In this document: positions 26,666 through 36,298 of the stretch, in pieces | Layout of the letters: each line of letters begins with the position of its first letter | Position numbering within the stretch: position 1 is the first letter of the stretch | NCBI GenBank assembly: GCA_964592405.1 | Contig: CAZQBY010000001.1 | Location: 50,459-114,458, forward strand | Direction: 5' to 3' | DNA length: 64,000 nucleotides | DNA from: an uncultured archaeon | GTDB taxonomy: Archaea; Altiarchaeota; Altiarchaeia; JAFGQM01 | The notes under the pieces: model-generated | What the model saw: only the letters and a program-made list of their open reading frames with translations | Databases searched by the model: none | Told to the model about the DNA's origin: nothing | Translations under genes and position numbers: made by a program

Positions 26666-26860
26666 GCCTCCGTAGCTCAGTCTGGTAGAGCGCGTCCTTG
26701 GTAGAGCCCCTTTCTTCAAAAGAAAGGTGCGCGAGGTTCGCGAAAGCGAACCTGCGCCCAAGTTCACAAAAGTGAACTTCGGGCTTCACCCCCAAAGAAC
26801 GGGGTGCTGTGGAAACAGCCAATGAGGACGAGGTCGCGGGTTCGGATCCCGCCGGGGGCT
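26666..26860 (+). tRNA. tRNA-Thr(GGT) with 121-nt intron at 37/38 (26704-26824)
   Basis: GCCTCCG/CGGGGGC acceptor, CGTCC/GGACG anticodon stem, TT-GGT-A, central helix TTGG/CCAA with TGA bulge, T-arm GCGGG-TTCGGAT-CCCGC. Confidence 0.94.
26707..26806 (+). repeat. Four-hairpin intron-embedded element, copy 2
   Basis: Near-identical to 19082-19186. Confidence 0.93.
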
Positions 26861-26899
26861 TTCCGTTATTCTTGGCTTAGCTTGAGCCCCCGGCTTATG

Positions 26900-28636
26900 T
26901 CAGTATCCTCTTTCAGACCTTCTGCGAAACTTCTCAATAATATCCAATTCAGAACGATCCCCGGGCAACTCATCTGTCTCGTAGATTCCCTCTCTTTCTT
27001 CCAGCAACCTCCTGTGGCGCCTCCTGATGAGCTTCAGCCGCTCTTCTTTGCTGAGAGGTGCCCTTTTCCGTCTCACTGGGCCTTCTAATGGCCCTCTGCC
27101 CCTCAGTTTGGCGATCTTTTCGTCTATCTCCACCATCTGCTCATCAAGTTCCTTCAGCTTTCTGAGTACGCCGGCCCGTTCCTTTCTGACTGCCGCACTT
27201 TCAGGTTGCTCCATAGTTGCCCTTAATCGTCCGGCAAATCTGCCCCTCTCAGCGGCCAGTTCTTCCCTTCTCTCTCGTAAAGAAGTCTCGGCCCGCTCTC
27301 TCATCGCCACTCTCCTGACAGCTTTCTTCCTTTCTCTTTCTGCTGCCCTGCGCAGCCTCTCTACAGCAGACTCCTTCAAATTGCCCTCATTCTCCAGCAA
27401 AAACCTTTCAAACAGTATAGCACCCTGAGGATCTATCTCGCGCATCGCCGGCAGAACCTCAGCCCACATGCGGTGCACTGTCATGTTTCCTGTCGGCAGA
27501 TGGTCAACCATCTGCCATACCTGATTTTTTGTGAGTCCATATTTTCTGGCCAGTTTTTTGACCTGACCCCTTTTGACCAGTCCTTTCTCATTCCTCGCAA
27601 GCTCTTTATACTCGGCTCTTATGCGCATGCAGAGTGCCGTCTTTCTGTATCTCTCTATACGTCTTCTGGTAAGACCTGCTAGAACTGACTTACTGCCCGT
27701 CCTTCTGTTGCCTTTCTCACCCGATCCCATCATGATTACACGCCTCAATTCCGGCAGGAAATACCGACTTTTCCTCTGATTGGTGCTGAGCCTCCGACCG
27801 CTCTTTGTAAGCGAATATGTCACAGCCCTGCCCCGTTTTCTGGCTTCCACGAGCCCGGCTGTGACGAACCTGTCAAGATATCTGTCAACGTGCTCTGTTT
27901 GTATTCCGGCAGCTTTTGCCAGTTCGCTGATGTTTTTGGGTTCAGTGCCAAGGACACTCCAGAGCTTGTATCCCATACTCTGTGTCGGAATGGGTGCCCG
28001 GTGGCTCCTCTCAGCAGCCATCCATCTGTAGGCCTGTTTGCTTCTGCGACTGCCCTCTATTGAGACCCGTTCAGCCATTCCAGCTGCTTCCAGCAGGTTC
28101 AGGGCATTTATAACCAACCGATGATTGTTTCCCGTTTTTTCGGCCAGCTCCAGAGAGGTGTGAGGACCATCCTTACGTGTCAGCTCTCTCCTGATATCAT
28201 GCAGGATATTCTTCCTCACTAGCTGATTCAGGGCTTCCAGCTTTCCGTTAATTATATCAATACCCTTAAGGCTCAGGCGTCTCTGGAGGGAAAGAGCGGC
28301 ATTCATCCATGGCAGTAGCTTATCCCTGTGCGTTCCCCTGCTCCGCACAAGCGCCTGTGCAACCTGCATGGCAGTCGGTTTATAGGGATGCCCTTTTAAT
28401 TCCCTGAGCAGGGCGCGTGCCATCTTCTTTGTGGGAAGCCTTTTGTGTCGCGGATTGCGGGCTTCAATCAACCTTATCTCCTCTGTAAGCTCTTTCTCGA
28501 TATCCTCGGGGAGTGGCTCTTTCTTGACAGGTTTGGACATATCCCTAGCAAAGCTTCCGAGCCTTTTCCTGCTCATTCCAAGGGCTTCTCTGAAAGATGG
28601 GTGTCTCGGTGGCTTTGCATTCTTCTTGGAAGCCAT
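26900..28636 (-). CDS. Large basic protein with winged-helix-like segments and C-terminal coiled coil
   Basis: TSLELAEKTG..LNLLEAAGMAER and NISELAKAAGI..LDRFVTAGLVE..YSLT resemble two wHTH domains; Arg/Glu-rich tail. Confidence 0.7.
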   Translation of the reverse strand: MASKKNAKPPRHPSFREALGMSRKRLGSFARDMSKPVKKEPLPEDIEKELTEEIRLIEARNPRHKRLPTKKMARALLRELKGHPYKPTAMQVAQALVRSRGTHRDKLLPWMNAALSLQRRLSLKGIDIINGKLEALNQLVRKNILHDIRRELTRKDGPHTSLELAEKTGNNHRLVINALNLLEAAGMAERVSIEGSRRSKQAYRWMAAERSHRAPIPTQSMGYKLWSVLGTEPKNISELAKAAGIQTEHVDRYLDRFVTAGLVEARKRGRAVTYSLTKSGRRLSTNQRKSRYFLPELRRVIMMGSGEKGNRRTGSKSVLAGLTRRRIERYRKTALCMRIRAEYKELARNEKGLVKRGQVKKLARKYGLTKNQVWQMVDHLPTGNMTVHRMWAEVLPAMREIDPQGAILFERFLLENEGNLKESAVERLRRAAERERKKAVRRVAMRERAETSLRERREELAAERGRFAGRLRATMEQPESAAVRKERAGVLRKLKELDEQMVEIDEKIAKLRGRGPLEGPVRRKRAPLSKEERLKLIRRRHRRLLEEREGIYETDELPGDRSELDIIEKFRRRSERGY

Positions 28637-28692
28637 ACCTAAAGTTAAGCCTTAAAAGAATAAAATAGCCTTTCTCGCGTCTGTAGTGTAAC

Positions 28693-28797
28693 TTACCCCA
28701 CGAACCTTGTCCAGAGCGCCCACGCGAACAGGACTATAGCTACCGCGAACAGCAGTATCAGCATCGCCCCGGCTGTGGCACTGACCTTTTTGCCCAT
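28693..28797 (-). CDS. Putative 34-aa single-TM peptide
   Basis: Manual translation MGKKVSATAGAMLILLFAVAIVLFAWALWTRFVG; fills the gap downstream of aldolase. Confidence 0.5.
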   Translation of the reverse strand: MGKKVSATAGAMLILLFAVAIVLFAWALWTRFVG

Positions 28798-28820
28798 TTT
28801 GTCAAAGAGTGCATAACCTC

Positions 28821-29753
28821 CTATTTGGCACCCTTTTCATAGATAGCCATGGCTTCATCTACGCTCTTTCCGTGCAGGGTGATGGCCGAGATGGCATTGC
28901 ACATGGCGACTGCTTCATTCAGCGGCTTCTGGTGGATGTTGCGTCCGGTCGCGTTGCCCCAGGCCCCGCTGATGTATATCTGGTCGTGCAATCGCTGCAG
29001 GAATTTTCTGACATCAGTTGAGGAGCCTCCGGCACAGACAACCTTGGTCCTGCCTGCCGCAGCTACCGCCTCCTTCATTATCTCTGCGCTGTTGGCACCT
29101 TCTTTCTTGGGGTAATTGACCTTGACAAAGTCTGCTCCCAGACAAGCACCCACACCGGTCGCTCCTGCAATCAGATGCGGGTCCTTTTCATCCGGCACTG
29201 CCTTGCCGCGGGGATATATCCAAAGAACCACCACCAGCCCGTTCTTGTGGGCATCATAGACTATGTTGGCAGCCTGCTGGAGCATATCCTTCTCAAACTC
29301 ACTGCCCAGATAAATCGTGTAGCCCACACCCACAATCTTCAGCCCGCTGTTCCTCTTGAACTCCACTATCTTATCCACGCTGAGCCACTGGTTACTGAAG
29401 GGATCCATTTGTTCAGTCTTCACTAAATTGGTCTTTGAGTTCAGCTTTACCAGATATGTTACGTCCCTATAATCCAAGCCATATCTGGCAATAAGCCCCA
29501 GCTGTGTGGCAAACACACCGATTTCACCTTGGGAAGCTATCCTAAAGAGATGCTCTGGATCCGCATCGTCTTCGGCAATGCCCTCGCCGTAGAAATCGTT
29601 ATTCAGATGTTCGACCTTCTGGTCTCCTGCAAACAGCATGAGCCTCCCGGTTCCCTTTGTTATCTCAAGATAGTTCTTGATATACTCTTCTCTGGCATCC
29701 TCCGGCACCCCTGCAGGCACCTTGACATCCTTGGCAGAAATACTAAGGTCCAT
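28821..29753 (-). CDS. DhnA-type class I fructose-bisphosphate aldolase
   Basis: FAGDQKVEH, YLVKLNSKT, VLWIYPRG, LGADFVKVNYP, CAGG, NATGRNIHQ; start at 29753 or 29771. Confidence 0.92.
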   Translation of the reverse strand: MDLSISAKDVKVPAGVPEDAREEYIKNYLEITKGTGRLMLFAGDQKVEHLNNDFYGEGIAEDDADPEHLFRIASQGEIGVFATQLGLIARYGLDYRDVTYLVKLNSKTNLVKTEQMDPFSNQWLSVDKIVEFKRNSGLKIVGVGYTIYLGSEFEKDMLQQAANIVYDAHKNGLVVVLWIYPRGKAVPDEKDPHLIAGATGVGACLGADFVKVNYPKKEGANSAEIMKEAVAAAGRTKVVCAGGSSTDVRKFLQRLHDQIYISGAWGNATGRNIHQKPLNEAVAMCNAISAITLHGKSVDEAMAIYEKGAK

Positions 29754-29820
29754 TTTTAATTTAGGAAACATTAACTAGTCTGATTATAAAAATTCTTTGA
29801 AAAAATATGAAAAACTAAAA

Positions 29821-30711
29821 ATGGAAAGAAAAAGCCTTGAGCAATCCATAGCCTGGATGAATCCCAATCTCCAGGAGATCATCCTAAGGATAGCTACAGT
29901 ATCCGCGGAGATGCGTCTTGACTTTCCTGGCAAGAGGGGTGCGGCGGAGACCAAGAACGTCTATGGCGAAACGCAGCAGAAACTGGATGTCTGGGCGGAT
30001 AAGGTGCTGACCAAGGAGCTACTTGCCACAGGTAAAGTGCGTGCAATAGTGTCTGAGGAGAGAGAAAAGCCGACAATGGGAAGTGGGAACTATGTGATTA
30101 CCATGGACCCGCTGGACGGCTCCTCTAATATAAAGAGCAACAATATCTTTGGGACAATAATAGGCATACACAATCAGCCGGAAATACTGACAGAGGGAAA
30201 AAACCAGATAGTCGCCTTCTACGTCATGTACGGCCCGCTGACCAGCATTGTTATGGCAACAGAAAAGGGTGTCAATGAGTATGACTATGACGAGAGGGCC
30301 GGGAGGTATTATCTGGTGAAGGAGAACATAACATTGCCCGAGGAGGGCAAGCTCTATAGTGCAGGTGGTGGCAATGATGGCTGGGATCCAAAATTCTCCA
30401 ACTTCATAGGTAGCTTGGTTGCGCGCAAGGTGAAACTGCGCTATGGGGGCTCCTTTGTGGGTGACGTCAATCAGGTGTTGAACTATGGGGGGATATTCTG
30501 CTATCCTGCGACCAGTAAAAAGCCAAAGGGCAAGCTCAGACTGGTCATCGAGTGCAATCCGATGGCGTTCATCATGACTAGGGCAGGTGGGGCGGCAAGT
30601 GACGGAAAAAAACCAATATTGGATATTCAGCCAGAGGATATAACCCAGCGGACACCCATATATATAGGCAACAGGGATTTTGTTGAGGAGCTAGAGAAAG
30701 CACTGAAGTGA
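29821..30711 (+). CDS. fbp: Class I fructose-1,6-bisphosphatase
   Basis: NVYGETQQKLDV, SEE, DPLDGSSN, LRYGGSFVGD, GKLRLVIECNPMA. Confidence 0.95.
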   Translation: MERKSLEQSIAWMNPNLQEIILRIATVSAEMRLDFPGKRGAAETKNVYGETQQKLDVWADKVLTKELLATGKVRAIVSEEREKPTMGSGNYVITMDPLDGSSNIKSNNIFGTIIGIHNQPEILTEGKNQIVAFYVMYGPLTSIVMATEKGVNEYDYDERAGRYYLVKENITLPEEGKLYSAGGGNDGWDPKFSNFIGSLVARKVKLRYGGSFVGDVNQVLNYGGIFCYPATSKKPKGKLRLVIECNPMAFIMTRAGGAASDGKKPILDIQPEDITQRTPIYIGNRDFVEELEKALK

Positions 30712-30721
30712 GCAATCAAAG

Positions 30722-31561
30722 ATGGCAAAACTTGAGATTCCGGAGATTCTCATGAAGTACGGGGAGATGCCTCCGGCCATGCAGAGGGCTGTGGAATTCG
30801 CCCTGAGCGGTCGCGGGCACCCATCCGAATCCGCATTCCTTTACCCGCTTGAAAAGGGTCTGGAGTCCGGAGAGTTTGGAGTCGATTCAATGTGGTTGGG
30901 GGAGGACTTTGCCTTTGGCGTTGTAAACTATCGCACTGGGGATTTGGAAGGTGTCAATACCCTCCCGCGATGGCATAAGGCCCATTCAGAACCCTGGTTT
31001 GAACGAAGCCGGATACTCCTCAACAGATACAAGGCGGAGGAGCTTGGCCTGTATGAGTCATATCTGGATCTCTTTGTCAGAGGCAGAAAACATCTTTGGA
31101 GGGAAGACAAGAGGGTGCTTACAAGAAAGGAGGCCTATGAGGGCCTTGGAGCTGAATTACTGGAAAGGGCCGTTCTGACGCCAGCTGAACAGACCGCTAG
31201 GATAAGAGAGATTACTGGATATCTGAGAACCGTCCGCCCGGAAAAGCACACTGGAGGCAGTAAGGCCTATGCTCTCCAGAGACGCCTGCTGAACCTGCTG
31301 GAACAGGATCCCAGATTTCAGAAGAGATTTGCGGGAGTCCCGATAATCACGGTTCGCAGGCAGACCGGAGCGGTTATAATGCAGCCAAAATCAGAGTCCT
31401 TGGATCCAAAGATCAATGAGTATACAATCCTTACCGGCGATGCAATAGTCAATGACCAGACACAGCTAACCGCACCCCAGCTGGAGGTGCACACTGCAGC
31501 CCTAAAACAGTTCCTTTTAATACAGCAGAGAAAGATAAAGAGAAACAAACCAAAGAAATGA
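30722..31561 (+). CDS. Hypothetical protein
   Basis: 279-aa ORF directly after fbp; basic C-terminus. Confidence 0.65.
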   Translation: MAKLEIPEILMKYGEMPPAMQRAVEFALSGRGHPSESAFLYPLEKGLESGEFGVDSMWLGEDFAFGVVNYRTGDLEGVNTLPRWHKAHSEPWFERSRILLNRYKAEELGLYESYLDLFVRGRKHLWREDKRVLTRKEAYEGLGAELLERAVLTPAEQTARIREITGYLRTVRPEKHTGGSKAYALQRRLLNLLEQDPRFQKRFAGVPIITVRRQTGAVIMQPKSESLDPKINEYTILTGDAIVNDQTQLTAPQLEVHTAALKQFLLIQQRKIKRNKPKK

Positions 31562-31649
31562 GGTACTGTTTATTGCAAATGCAAATGTCAATATTGCAAA
31601 TGCCAATAAGCGTGAGTGCGGTCCCGCAAAGGGACCGCCTCAACCTCCC

Positions 31650-31892
31650 TTACAGTCCGCCTCCTACTTTTACCCCGTAGCCGGGCCGGAACCCAGCCTG
31701 GGATAAAGATGAATCTGCACAGGACTTGCACAATCCGTGCTGGCTCCCACAGTTACAACAGAAATCAGAGTGGCAGTTCTTGCATCTGTCCGCATACGGC
31801 TCGTTGATTTCCATGACTCTTCCGCAGACCTCACAGACTCTTGTCTTGCACCGGATCCAGACGAGAGAGACCATTTCAGAACACACTGTCAT
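31650..31892 (-). CDS. Small Cys-rich zinc-finger-like protein
   Basis: CEVC, CKNC..FCCNC, LCKSC; start uncertain. Confidence 0.5.
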   Translation of the reverse strand: MTVCSEMVSLVWIRCKTRVCEVCGRVMEINEPYADRCKNCHSDFCCNCGSQHGLCKSCADSSLSQAGFRPGYGVKVGGGL

Positions 31893-31969
31893 ATATACGG
31901 GTTTAAACGTGTTATAGTTTCTGCCGGAAAAATTTTGGAGACCTGAATAATATTACTTTTTGGAAATAA

Positions 31970-32290
31970 TCAACACCGGACGCAGGACGGTCTAGCCTTC
32001 TCTATAGCTTCCCTGAGAATGCCGTCCAGATATTCTTTGAATCTCTTGCCCGGCTCTTTAACCTCTTTGTAGTCGGAGCCCCTTCTGTAAAAACTTATAG
32101 AGGCGACTTGTGCTATGCTCGAAGCAGGTGGCCGATATAGTGAGATTTGAACAGCCATGTCTCTGAACTCATCGGGAAGATAAGGATATGACAGTAAAAG
32201 GCTCTTGGTTATCGGATCGTATTTGAAACCATGCTCCTTCAGTGCCTTTATATAAGCCTCACCATTCACGTATTTGCCTATGCTATCCAT
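31970..32290 (-). CDS. Hypothetical protein
   Basis: 106-aa ORF with AAAATG start context. Confidence 0.55.
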   Translation of the reverse strand: MDSIGKYVNGEAYIKALKEHGFKYDPITKSLLLSYPYLPDEFRDMAVQISLYRPPASSIAQVASISFYRRGSDYKEVKEPGKRFKEYLDGILREAIEKARPSCVRC

Positions 32291-32403
32291 TTTTATCCAG
32301 ACTGAGCTAACGCTAATCTGTTTTGATGCCCCCAGCGGGCTGAGGCTTTATTTGACTGTTCGGGTATAAAAATATGAGCGGTGCTCCCACTCTGCATGGG
32401 CCT

Positions 32404-33291
32404 TTAGATCAGGAGAAGGGAAACCAGAAAACCGCCTATTGACAGCCCTATTATAGGGGGCAGGGCGGGCAGTGCCACCCTCCTAATCTGTGTGACATAA
32501 TATATGGTCAGCCCAAGACCGATGGTTGCCCCGACAACTGCCCCGAGGACAGGCAGCCAGTTTCGGAAGGTCCGGAGTATAGAAACGAAGAATATCAGCG
32601 GTATTGCAATATCTCCTGTCCCCAGCCCCAGAACATCCTTTCCTTTTTTGACACCTCTCCGTGCTCCGGTCTTGATGCCCTTGGATGGTGTTTCGAACAT
32701 CACAGGTATCTCCCTCAGACGTGACTGGTCTGCCAGTTTTATCATATGCCCGGTCTTGAAGACGGCTATGATATCATACGTGCCAAGCGCTACTACAAGG
32801 AGGAGTGATGGCAGAAATCCCATGAATGAGCCGAGTGTCCCACCAGCCCCTGCGATTGCTATGGCAAGGGTTATGTTCTTGACGGCAAAGGTGCGCCTGA
32901 TGAACCTCACGGCTACTGTAAGAGCAGAAACTATGATGACCCCTGCCATATACTGCTCCTGCGTCACAAATGGGATGGTCTTGAGAATGTCGAACAGGAC
33001 GAACTGCCAGACCATAAAGGAACCAATGAACACAATATAGATCTCAAGAAACAAAAACAACAGCCTTCCCCTATAGAATCTAAGAACCAGCAACAGAACC
33101 ACTGTGCTGACAAGCACAACTGCCAGTATATACAGACTCCCAGCCGGGTCATCAACACTGCCACCGGTCAGCGGATTGGTCTCACCCACCTCTGGAATGA
33201 GGTTATACCCGACATAGAGCCCCAAGATTGTAGAAAACAGGAATATTGAGACAAAGAAAAGTGTTTTATCTCCTGATAACACATGATTCAT
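32404..33291 (-). CDS. Presenilin/signal-peptide-peptidase-like GxGD intramembrane aspartic protease
   Basis: YDIIAVFKTGHM, LGTGDI, LPALP motifs; multi-TM. Confidence 0.92.
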   Translation of the reverse strand: MNHVLSGDKTLFFVSIFLFSTILGLYVGYNLIPEVGETNPLTGGSVDDPAGSLYILAVVLVSTVVLLLVLRFYRGRLLFLFLEIYIVFIGSFMVWQFVLFDILKTIPFVTQEQYMAGVIIVSALTVAVRFIRRTFAVKNITLAIAIAGAGGTLGSFMGFLPSLLLVVALGTYDIIAVFKTGHMIKLADQSRLREIPVMFETPSKGIKTGARRGVKKGKDVLGLGTGDIAIPLIFFVSILRTFRNWLPVLGAVVGATIGLGLTIYYVTQIRRVALPALPPIIGLSIGGFLVSLLLI

Positions 33292-35366
33292 CCTCTGCTC
33301 ACAGTCTTCAGATATCCATGCCTGGGCTCATAGAGATCTCCCTTGTTTATGAGCTCATTTATCAGCTTTTCTGATGTCTTCCTATCTATATTGTGGTATT
33401 CCTCCGCCTCATCCAAAATGCGGGCCAAAGGCACCATGTCGTATTCCTCCTCAAGGCCCTTGACAATCCCGGTTATTGCGTATATCTTATCGCGCTCTGA
33501 CTTCGGGTGTTCGGCGACAATTCTGTCTATGTCAAATACGCCTGCTTCCTTCTCCATGCCAACCTCCCTCAGCACAAATTCCACCAAACGTATTGCCCTC
33601 TCAGCATCTGACATTTCAACCCGGTTCCTCAGGTGGAGCTTGGCAGAGGCTTCAGCCAGTCTTACCAGACCCTCCAGCTGTCTGGGTGTCAGGGGGACAC
33701 TTCCCCCACTGCCGCGCTTTCTCAGATCGACATAATACTCCTGCAGCTTCCTTATGGCCTCGTCAGTCAGAACCGGATGACAGTTTCTTCTGCTGTATGC
33801 AATATACTTTTTCAGCAGTTCCGGATCTATTGGGGGAGCCTGTTTTTCGATATCCTCTCTCATCTCCTCTCTGGAGGAGCTGGCTATCTGCTGCGAGAGC
33901 TTGTGTCTGCTGAGTATGTGGCTGGCAAGTTCCCTGTCCCTTGTTTCATCCAATACATCCTTAACCGGGAATATCAGGTCAAATCTTGATATCAGGGTGG
34001 GAGGTATGTCAAACTGTTCTGCCGGAGTTTTATATGGATCGAAGCGGGAGTATTTTGGGTTGGCTGCAGCCAGCACAGCACTCTCCGACTTGAAGGTAGC
34101 AATGATTCCCGCCTTGGCCACACTTACCGTCTGCTGCTCCAGTGCTTCATGGATGGCAGAGCGGTCTTCCTCACTCATCTTGTCGAACTCGTCAATACAT
34201 GCCAGCCCGCCGCTGGCCAGCACCAAGGCACCTGCCTTCAGGACCCAGCCGCCCTCACCAAACTCATCCTTTTCTGCTATGGCAGTCAGACCTCCACCAG
34301 TAGCCGACTTGCCAGAAACATAAAGCGATTTGGGTGCCAGGCGGTCAACATATTTCAGCATCTGCGATTTAGCTGTTCCGGGATCGCCTATCAGGAGTAT
34401 GTGGATATTGTCTCTGATCTTCATTCCATCAGGAAGCCGCTTGTTGGGGGTTCCTCCACACAGCTGGAGAGCTATAGCCTCCTTCACTTCAGTATGGCCA
34501 TATATAGAGGGGGCGATTGATGCTATGAACTTGTCAACAATCTTTGGATCCTTGGCGAGCTTCTTTATCTCCTTCTCCTCTTCCCCACTTATCTCAAGCT
34601 CTTCGAATTCCTGCTCGGTGAAGGATATGCTGTTGGCCTCGATAAACTTCTGGTAGACTGTACCTTTGGTCTTGGGAGCCTCCATCCGGAGGATGCCTGC
34701 AATGATTATCCTCTGGCCCGGCAGAACCTTGTTGGTTAGATCATCCTCCAGCCAGACACTTATCCTCTTGGCCTGCTCACCTCCTTTGAGTATCTCCAGT
34801 GGCTCTTGGACCTCTATCTTCTGGAAGTCGATGAATTTGGACTTCTCCACCACAAGGTCGAACTCTTTCCTGCCGCACTGGTCACACGCTATGGGCGTCT
34901 TCAGGACCCTCTCCACTTGGATGGAACCGACCTCGGCCTTGCACCTCTTGCACATAAACACACCCTTCCAGACACGTGGCAGGACGTCTGTAACCTTTGT
35001 GACCAGACCCTGTACTGCGAAGAACTGGCCAAGATAATGGGAGGTACAGTCCCTGACCATTATCTCTCTCTCTGAGGGCAGGTTACAAAAGCGCACGGAT
35101 ATCCGCGGATCGTCATCAGCCTTGGAGAAGGTTATGTGTTTTTTTTCCTTTTCCAGTGCCCTGTTGAATTCAGCAATGACCTCATCCGGGCTGTTCAGCA
35201 GACGATCGCTCAGCAGTGGAGAGAACTCCTGCAGCTCCTGAAAATCTATCAAAACCGATTGTTTCTTTGGGTAGAGCTCTCCTATCAGATTCAGCTCATC
35301 CCTGCAGTGCTCAGTCAGGAAAGCCTCGATGTCGTTCCATTCAATTTCGCTGGCCTCTTCCGGCAT
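33288..35366 (-). CDS. mcm: Replicative helicase MCM (no intein)
   Basis: Zn finger CKRC/CDQC, IAPSIYG, GDPGTAKSQ, CIDEFDKM, SRFDL, TPRQLE. Confidence 0.97.
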   Translation of the reverse strand: MPEEASEIEWNDIEAFLTEHCRDELNLIGELYPKKQSVLIDFQELQEFSPLLSDRLLNSPDEVIAEFNRALEKEKKHITFSKADDDPRISVRFCNLPSEREIMVRDCTSHYLGQFFAVQGLVTKVTDVLPRVWKGVFMCKRCKAEVGSIQVERVLKTPIACDQCGRKEFDLVVEKSKFIDFQKIEVQEPLEILKGGEQAKRISVWLEDDLTNKVLPGQRIIIAGILRMEAPKTKGTVYQKFIEANSISFTEQEFEELEISGEEEKEIKKLAKDPKIVDKFIASIAPSIYGHTEVKEAIALQLCGGTPNKRLPDGMKIRDNIHILLIGDPGTAKSQMLKYVDRLAPKSLYVSGKSATGGGLTAIAEKDEFGEGGWVLKAGALVLASGGLACIDEFDKMSEEDRSAIHEALEQQTVSVAKAGIIATFKSESAVLAAANPKYSRFDPYKTPAEQFDIPPTLISRFDLIFPVKDVLDETRDRELASHILSRHKLSQQIASSSREEMREDIEKQAPPIDPELLKKYIAYSRRNCHPVLTDEAIRKLQEYYVDLRKRGSGGSVPLTPRQLEGLVRLAEASAKLHLRNRVEMSDAERAIRLVEFVLREVGMEKEAGVFDIDRIVAEHPKSERDKIYAITGIVKGLEEEYDMVPLARILDEAEEYHNIDRKTSEKLINELINKGDLYEPRHGYLKTVSRG

Positions 35367-35474
35367 TTTAGAATCAGATCTTGTCCTGCGGACCCCCCCA
35401 GACCTGGGGTTATCTTTGAAATATGGTATTAAAAAATGGATTGGTTTAAAATAGGAAATATATGACGGGCGGCC

Positions 35475-36029
35475 CTATTCCATGACAGCTCCGACCTCCC
35501 TCAATGACTTGTCCACTTGGGCAATGGCCTTGTCGATGTTTTTCCATTCCTTGGCCCCCACTACATTGATTTTCCCACTGGTGAAGACCAATGCAACGCA
35601 TTTCGGGTCCCTGACGCGGAAGATGAGCCCGGGAAACTGTTCCGGTTCATACTCAACATTATCCAGTTCAGTGGCTGCAACGTCAATGTTCACCTCATAG
35701 CCAAGGTTTGCTGAGACTACAAGATTCTGAACCTTGCTTTCTATCTTTTTGATTTTGAGGCCACCCTCCTTGAACTTCTTCTCCAACTGCTTGACAATTA
35801 TTGGTATCTCGTCCCAGTGGCGCGCGCCGGTGCAGTTGACCTTGCCCGAGGAGAATATGAGCGCGGACACCCTCGGCTCCTTCATGCGGTAAATCGCGCC
35901 TGGGAAGTGGTCGGGGTCGTATTCTATGTCCTTCGCCCTCCTGGCGAACTGCTCGAGGTTTATGCGCTGATCGATGGATACAGAAACGACCAGGTTCTCG
36001 AGTTTTTTGTCCCATTTGACTTTTGCCAT
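35475..36029 (-). CDS. tbp: TATA-box binding protein
   Basis: Two repeats: ENLVVS..YDPDHFPG..IFSSGKVNCTGA / QNLVVS..YEPEQFPG..VFTSGKINVVGA. Confidence 0.96.
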   Translation of the reverse strand: MAKVKWDKKLENLVVSVSIDQRINLEQFARRAKDIEYDPDHFPGAIYRMKEPRVSALIFSSGKVNCTGARHWDEIPIIVKQLEKKFKEGGLKIKKIESKVQNLVVSANLGYEVNIDVAATELDNVEYEPEQFPGLIFRVRDPKCVALVFTSGKINVVGAKEWKNIDKAIAQVDKSLREVGAVME

Positions 36030-36298
36030 TTTTGACTCCTAGAAATATGCGTGTATAGAACAAGCTTTTTATAGAAAACCGGGTCTTATTAGAAGGTTAT
36101 GGTATAAAAAGGTTTTTATAGGCGATTACTGCCTACCTGTCCTGCGGCGCGGGCGCAGCCCGCCTGTGATTTGCCCCAAGTTAGCGCATTCTGCCGACCT
36201 TCACCAGTCTCAGTACTCCTCGTACTGGAGTTCTGCGATTGTCTCCCCCCTTGCGGGCATTTTTGATTCCCCTCCTCTTCGCCATCTTCACTGGTAGG

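Noticed and set aside
26956-26966. gatccccgggc as a duplicated tRNA-Thr 3' end
   Set aside because: Weak gapped match, inside a CDS, offset ~111 rather than 91-92
33288-35366. Possible inteins in MCM, RFC or NrdJ
   Set aside because: Lengths are canonical and motifs contiguous
36121-36260. GC-rich intergenic stretch as a structural RNA (SRP/RNase P) or TGA-recoded ORF
   Set aside because: No SRP or RNase P conserved motifs recognised; TGA serves as a normal stop in many genes here
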